From assembly GCA_963782055.1 (NCBI GenBank), contig CAWAIF010000003.1, forward strand, positions 2,304,001 through 2,368,000: DNA of 64,000 bases, in the 5' to 3' direction. This stretch comes from an uncultured delta proteobacterium. Its GTDB lineage: Bacteria > Myxococcota_A > Polyangia > Polyangiales > Polyangiaceae. Below, in pieces: positions 60,901 to 64,000 of this stretch (the stretch's first letter is position 1; every line of letters begins with the position of its first letter). A model generated the notes under the pieces. It ran no database searches. It was not told the DNA's origin and saw only the letters and a program-made list of their open reading frames with translations. A program made the translations under genes and the position numbers.

Positions 60901-63372
60901 GCCGAACCGCCGCGCCGTCTGCTCGGCGGACACCCACTGCAGGAGGTGCTTGCGCGTGATCGTCATCCGCACCAGGGCGCGGACCACCGCGTCGACGACC
61001 ATCGCGGCCTCGTGGGCGAGGAATGCGACCGCCAGGAGATAGCGGCCGACCGTCTCGGTGCGCCGGCGGTTGCGCACCAGGGCGGGCAAGAGCGGCGCGA
61101 GCAAGACGCCGAGCACGCCGAGCGTCCACGCCAGCGGAGCCCCCGGCAGCACGGTCCAGCCTGCGATGAGGAGCAACAGGAGCGCCGGGCTCGCGAGGCT
61201 GCGCCGCAGGTTGTCGACGATCTTCCAGCGGTCGATCAGTCGCAGCCGGTTGACGACGCGGCCCTTCGCGGAGGGCACCCTGGGAAGGAGCCACGGCAAG
61301 AGCTGCCAGTCGCCGCGCACCCACCGGTGCATTCGCCGCGCGAAGACCGCGTAGTGCGACGGGTAGTCCTCGAACAGGACGATGTCGCTCGCCAGCGCGG
61401 TCCGCCCCTGGATCCCCTCGAACAGGTCGTGGCTGACGAGCGCGTTCTCCGGAACCCTGCCCTCCGTGCTGCGCCTGAACCCGTCGACGTCGTAGATCCC
61501 CTTGCCGACGTAGATGCCCGACCCGCAGAGGTCCTGGTATACGTCGGAGACGGCGTGCGTGTAGATGTCGAAGCCGACGTCCCCCGCGAAGATCCGCGAG
61601 AACCGCGTGGAGCGGGGCGAGGAGGGCGACGTGTCGATGCGCGGCTGAGCGATCGTGTACCCGGACATGACGCGGCCGGTGTCGTCGTCGAACACCGCGC
61701 GGTTGAGCGGGTGTGCGAGCAGCCCGATCAGCCGCGCGGCGCCCCCGATCGGGAGCTGCGTGTCGCTGTCCAGCGTGATGACGAAGCGGATCTGCTCCAG
61801 CCCGTGACGGGAGCCTTCGTGGTGCGTGTAGCTCGTGTGCTCGTCCCCCCGGAGCAGGCGGTTGAGCTCTTCCAGCTTGCCCCGCTTGCGCTCCCAGCCC
61901 AAAAAGCATCCCTCGGCCGGGTTGCTGCGGGGAGCGCGGTGCAGGAGGTGGAACGGCCCGGCGCCCCCCCCGCCATACCGGACGTTGAGCGAGGCGACGC
62001 CCCGCGCGGCCATCGCCACCAGCGGCCCGCTCTCCGGCATGGTTGGCGAGTCCACGTCGTCGGTCAGCAGCGCGAACCCGAGCGCCGGGTCGGGGTTGGA
62101 GAGATAGTGGAGCTCCAGCTGCCGGACCATGGGCTCCACGTCCTCGGGGCGCCCGAGCAGGGTGGGAATGACCACCAGGGTCCGCGCCTCCTCGGGCACG
62201 CCGCGAGAGAAGTCGAGCTTCGGCAGGACGCGCGGGGGCAAGAGGCGCGACAGGACCCACTGCACCGCGGTGACGGAGAGGACCGACGCGGGCACGGCGG
62301 CCAGGGCCAGGGCGAGCGCCATCGGGAGCAGGTGCCCTCCGCTGCGCATGGCGTAGACGCCCACCGGAACGAGCAACGCCGCCGTCGACAGCGCGACAGA
62401 ACCCAGGAGCGTGAGCGCCGGGCGCCGGCGGAGCGCACGACGGACGCGCCGGATCCCGCGCGGGCGGTACCGGAGGTCGGCCTCCAGCGCGGCGCGCCCC
62501 GCGTCGACGAGGTGGTAGCCGACGTGCCCGCGTCGGTCGTCGAGCACCTCCTCGCGCGCCAGGAGCACCGCGCGCCGCGCGACCTCCTCCTCGGCGATCC
62601 CGGTGACCCACGCGAGCTCCTCCACCGCCTTGCGGTAGGTGTCGCACGTCTCGAAGTCCATGTGCCGGTAGACGTCGGCCGGATCGCTGCGGAGCACGCT
62701 CTCGACGCGACTCGTCCGCCCGAAGAAGCGTTTCCAGTCGATGTCCGCGAACAGGCGCAGCGCGCGGACCGATCGCTCCACGCCGGACTCCGGGTCGATC
62801 TCCGCAAGCTCGTCCGGCGTCCCCTCCGGCAAAAAGCCGAGGTCGCTCTCCGCGTGGAGGAGGGCTCGGAGTGCGGACAGGCGCAGGACGGTCGGGAGCG
62901 CCCAGAGCTCGGCGATGGTGAGGGGGGCGACCTCCTGGTACGCCCGGACGAAGCGCAACAGGACGCTCTCGTCGAGCTCGACGAGTCTCTTCGCGAGGAG
63001 CGAGCGCGCCATGACGTACACGCGGGCCCGTCCCTTCGACGGACCGGACGCGAGCTCCGGGAGGCGGGCCGCGAAGCCGCGCGGGAGCTCCTGGGCGACC
63101 TGGCGTGCCACGCGGCGGATCAAGTAGTAGTTGTCGAGGAACCACTCCGCCGCCTTGCGAAGGGTGGAGGTGTCGGCTCCCTCGGCCGCGTGCGTCCGGG
63201 CTTCCGCGAGATCATCCTCGGTGTGCAGCTCGCGGAGGAGGCGCGTGACGTTTCGCGGGCGTCGGAGGTGGCGCTGCGTCCGTGCGAGCGCGCGAGCCTC
63301 CGCCGCGAGGGCGTCGCGCTCGGCGGCGTCATCCTCCGGAGGAGGTGCGGCGCTTCCCGCCGCGGCGGTCAA
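54967..63372 (-). CDS. ndvB: Cyclic beta-1,2-glucan synthase (GT84 + GH94-like C-terminus)
   Basis: WFLDNYY, GWERKRGKLEE, GKGIYDV, LVSHDLFEG, RWVRGDWQL, SWGGTMFEYLMP, YQSSGAFGFRDQLQD, GDWNDGMN, RENGGQYTH; TTG start inferred from overlap with Usp stop. Confidence 0.93.
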   Translation of the reverse strand: MTAAAGSAAPPPEDDAAERDALAAEARALARTQRHLRRPRNVTRLLRELHTEDDLAEARTHAAEGADTSTLRKAAEWFLDNYYLIRRVARQVAQELPRGFAARLPELASGPSKGRARVYVMARSLLAKRLVELDESVLLRFVRAYQEVAPLTIAELWALPTVLRLSALRALLHAESDLGFLPEGTPDELAEIDPESGVERSVRALRLFADIDWKRFFGRTSRVESVLRSDPADVYRHMDFETCDTYRKAVEELAWVTGIAEEEVARRAVLLAREEVLDDRRGHVGYHLVDAGRAALEADLRYRPRGIRRVRRALRRRPALTLLGSVALSTAALLVPVGVYAMRSGGHLLPMALALALAAVPASVLSVTAVQWVLSRLLPPRVLPKLDFSRGVPEEARTLVVIPTLLGRPEDVEPMVRQLELHYLSNPDPALGFALLTDDVDSPTMPESGPLVAMAARGVASLNVRYGGGGAGPFHLLHRAPRSNPAEGCFLGWERKRGKLEELNRLLRGDEHTSYTHHEGSRHGLEQIRFVITLDSDTQLPIGGAARLIGLLAHPLNRAVFDDDTGRVMSGYTIAQPRIDTSPSSPRSTRFSRIFAGDVGFDIYTHAVSDVYQDLCGSGIYVGKGIYDVDGFRRSTEGRVPENALVSHDLFEGIQGRTALASDIVLFEDYPSHYAVFARRMHRWVRGDWQLLPWLLPRVPSAKGRVVNRLRLIDRWKIVDNLRRSLASPALLLLLIAGWTVLPGAPLAWTLGVLGVLLAPLLPALVRNRRRTETVGRYLLAVAFLAHEAAMVVDAVVRALVRMTITRKHLLQWVSAEQTARRFGARQSRPLLWREMLAGPLVAVAITEVVALVRPSALVVAAPLLLAWLLGPEIARWVSRAEPSRSAPLLPSDRRDLRRLARRTWLFFETFVGPSDQWLPVDNYQEEPHEQTARRTSPTNIGLMLLSTLAAHDLGYLGPGELSLRLHSSLDSIGRLVHYQGHLLNWYETKNLQPLLPQYVSTVDSGNFAGCLIALAQGCADVTRAPVGRPAAWEGLCDTLDLLDEVVVSLAAPGSGALRATLVAMRAATEQGCHRPEDGYATLRGLCDDSLAEMDRHLLALLETGAYRHEPALLHALRTWADRVHEQLQQMRREHDCLLPWLALRDEPAAAGLQPPSAPRLDEVPAACRSLRAQLEEWLRAQSEDGGPGPSAAVEESARRLREAFTAAETGAAFLCDELASVATRAEAEARGMDFRLLFDRDRNLFRIGYNVTLDRVDPHHYDLLASEARLASYLAIVGHQVPESHWVALGRPMTRVAGAPALLSWGGTMFEYLMPSLLMTSAEGTLLAQSCELAVAAQIAYGEARGAPWGISESAYARLDAQKTYQYRSFGVPGLGFKRGLEEDLVIAPYASMLALSMNPRAVVDNMAKLESMGMMGTYGFFEAVDLQPDRAPDGRPYAVVRLYMAHHQGMALVALDNYLNDGVMLSRFHGEPSVATGEVLLNERAPAVAPAEWPFADGAESRPAQENSQTPASAPSPWTPSADDRPQAFVVSNGRLSSVLTEAGGGGLSWQGLALTRYRADPTRDEDGVWIFLRDQETGRAWRATSDQGRTTYSMHEAEFHRRGEGISAHVDVTVAAADDVEVRRITLHNESGRGRRLTVTSAAEPVLQAPQEAGRHPAFSRMFIESELVSDLDALLFARRPRSPKEERAVLVHRLVHEGPSVHRVGYETDRAALYGRGQGTRTPLAPPGGKPGYDGRVGAVLDPVMSLTASVELKPGASVTLAFVTAVARSRGAVLEIARRYGSLHAARWAFLDAEQESPRRLTRARVEPYLVPMVQRLFSALLYADPTLRAPPEVIASARPCKSRLWGRGISGDDPIVFVRVHDAEAALLGETLAAQRYLRACGVRFDLVLLDEQATGYANGGSGTLQTVLATHQAGDLLNQHGGVFVLAMDQLGGDERAHLEASAHVLLDTRDGSLGARLSRPAPAPSKLPRFEPALPVDASDSAPQRPALLLDNGTGGFTEDGREYVLSVGPTSPTPAPWCNVLANPEMGCLVSESSLGSTWSLNAGENRLTPWRNDPVFDTPSEALYLRDEQTAAVWSTTPLPAGRDAETLVRHGAGYTRYTQHSHGLKQELTVFVPSGAPLKVVRLRLENTLPRPRRLTATYYAEWVLGSLPEEQRAYVAPEVDRPGACLLARCNWNAEFGDRVAFLASERELHGFTTDRTEFLGRRGDPARPEALGRWGLSGRADAGVDPCAALQVHLELAPGETVETHFVLGQAGSRAEALEVVARFRQRGTVDAAWKELGAFWDGLLGSVRVKTPDAAMDLMLNRWFLYQSLASRVFGRTAFYQSSGAFGFRDQLQDVLALLQAAPERARAHILDSAAHQFEEGDVLHWWHPPSDRGVRTRCSDDMAWLPFVTAEYVLATGDVAVLSEEAPFLSADPLTAEEHDRYAQYAPAARTSPLFEHCRRALERASTHGRHGLPLMGDGDWNDGMNRVGAKGRGESVWLGWFLSLTMNRFAAVCERAGKDDEAATWRGRAASLGQKLQDSAWDGGWYLRAFHDDGSLLGSAKSRECRIDSIAQSWAALSGVADPARARVAVKAADEKLVLEDDRLILLLRPPFDATPHDPGYIRAYPPGIRENGGQYTHAATWLGWAHVALRDGDGAEHIFRLLNPVLRTRTPEEVARYRVEPYVLAGDVYGAPPWVGRGGWTWYSGAAAWAWRLGVEGILGLRREDGALRVDPCIPRAWRGFEAWVRAGSQELHVVVENPDAVSAGVAWTTLDRVRLESGRVPIDASASGVHEVRVRLGRASPPG

Positions 63373-64000
63373 GGGCCCTCCGGCGGGTAGCTCGCGCGGA
63401 GCGGCGGCGCCGGCTCCTGGCCGGCCTCGTCCGCCAGCTCCGCCTCCGGCAGGTCCTGCAGGACCAGCAGCGGAGTCTTCGAGTGCGTGAGCATGTACAG
63501 CGCCACGCTGCCGAACGAGCGCTCGCGGTTGCATATGGCCCCGTGAGCGGAGAGCACCACCAGATCACTCTGCTCCCGCCGCGAGAGCTCGAGCAGGGAC
63601 TGCCGCTGGTCCGGGTGACGGATCACCACCGTTCGTACCTTGATGTCGCGCGGGAGCTGCGCGCGCAGCTGCTCGAGGTACCGCTTGGCGCCGGCTTCGA
63701 GCCGCGAGGCGAGGTGCCGCGCGAGCTCCAGGTCCTCCACGGCGGTGAGCATCGCGCTGGGCAGCGGCTCGAGGACCACGTGCGCGAGCAGCAGCTCGGC
63801 CCCGTGCGTCTGCGCCACGCGCGCGGCGACGGGCAGCACGCTCTCGGTCCGGACGGAGCCGTCGAGGGGAACCAGGATCCGCTTCGGTGCCACCTCGACG
63901 AGGTCGGGCAACCCGGGGCGCACGACGAGCACCGAGGTCCGCGCCACGGCGAGCACCTGCTGCACCGTGCTGCCCAGGTGCCACGCCGTCGCGCCGCCGT
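63369..64000 (-). CDS. Universal stress protein (partial, runs off the window)
   Basis: RILVPLDGS.RTE, SDLVVLSAHG, FGSVA.Y.L.HS..PLLVLQDL. Confidence 0.88.
   Translation of the reverse strand, partial: GGATAWHLGSTVQQVLAVARTSVLVVRPGLPDLVEVAPKRILVPLDGSVRTESVLPVAARVAQTHGAELLLAHVVLEPLPSAMLTAVEDLELARHLASRLEAGAKRYLEQLRAQLPRDIKVRTVVIRHPDQRQSLLELSRREQSDLVVLSAHGAICNRERSFGSVALYMLTHSKTPLLVLQDLPEAELADEAGQEPAPPLRASYPPEGP

Noticed and set aside
55955..63390. Very long alternative ORFs (2396 aa minus, 1512 aa plus) over the glucan synthase, and similar ones over kdp and other genes
   Set aside because: Arg/Pro/Gly-rich or antisense shadow frames expected in high-GC DNA; no motifs
1..64000. CRISPR array, tRNA/rRNA, transposase or integrase
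   Set aside because: None recognised by eye; repeats seen are intragenic protein repeats. A covariance-model scan was not possible

Overview
Very GC-rich, gene-dense DNA whose content (many Cys-rich lipoproteins with Asp/Ala/Gly-rich linkers, FGE-sulfatase, LamG, Sel1 and zinc-ribbon proteins, Ser/Thr kinase remnants) points to a myxobacterium, probably Polyangiaceae-like (inference). Recognisable modules are a kdpFABCDE operon with an extra upstream 26-aa peptide, zwf, a ~2800-aa cyclic beta-1,2-glucan synthase coupled to a Usp gene, a Family 1 encapsulin with its ferritin-like cargo, a frameshifted ClC transporter with a second Usp gene, a CHAP-ricin protein next to an AraC regulator, an SMI1/KNR4-WGR-beta-propeller fusion and a TMTC-like glycosyltransferase operon. 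The best candidate for a novel system is a radical SAM/SPASM enzyme resembling PlpX-type tyramine-excising spliceases (20299-21585). It overlaps a small zinc-ribbon/lipoprotein-like ORF ending in PPPPP-Y-G (19866-20306), which would make a membrane-tethered protein the substrate for backbone splicing. The window also has several single-base indels and abrupt junctions between gene fragments, so assembly artefacts must be considered. No rRNA, tRNA, CRISPR array or transposase was recognised. All family assignments come from motif recognition by eye, not database searches.
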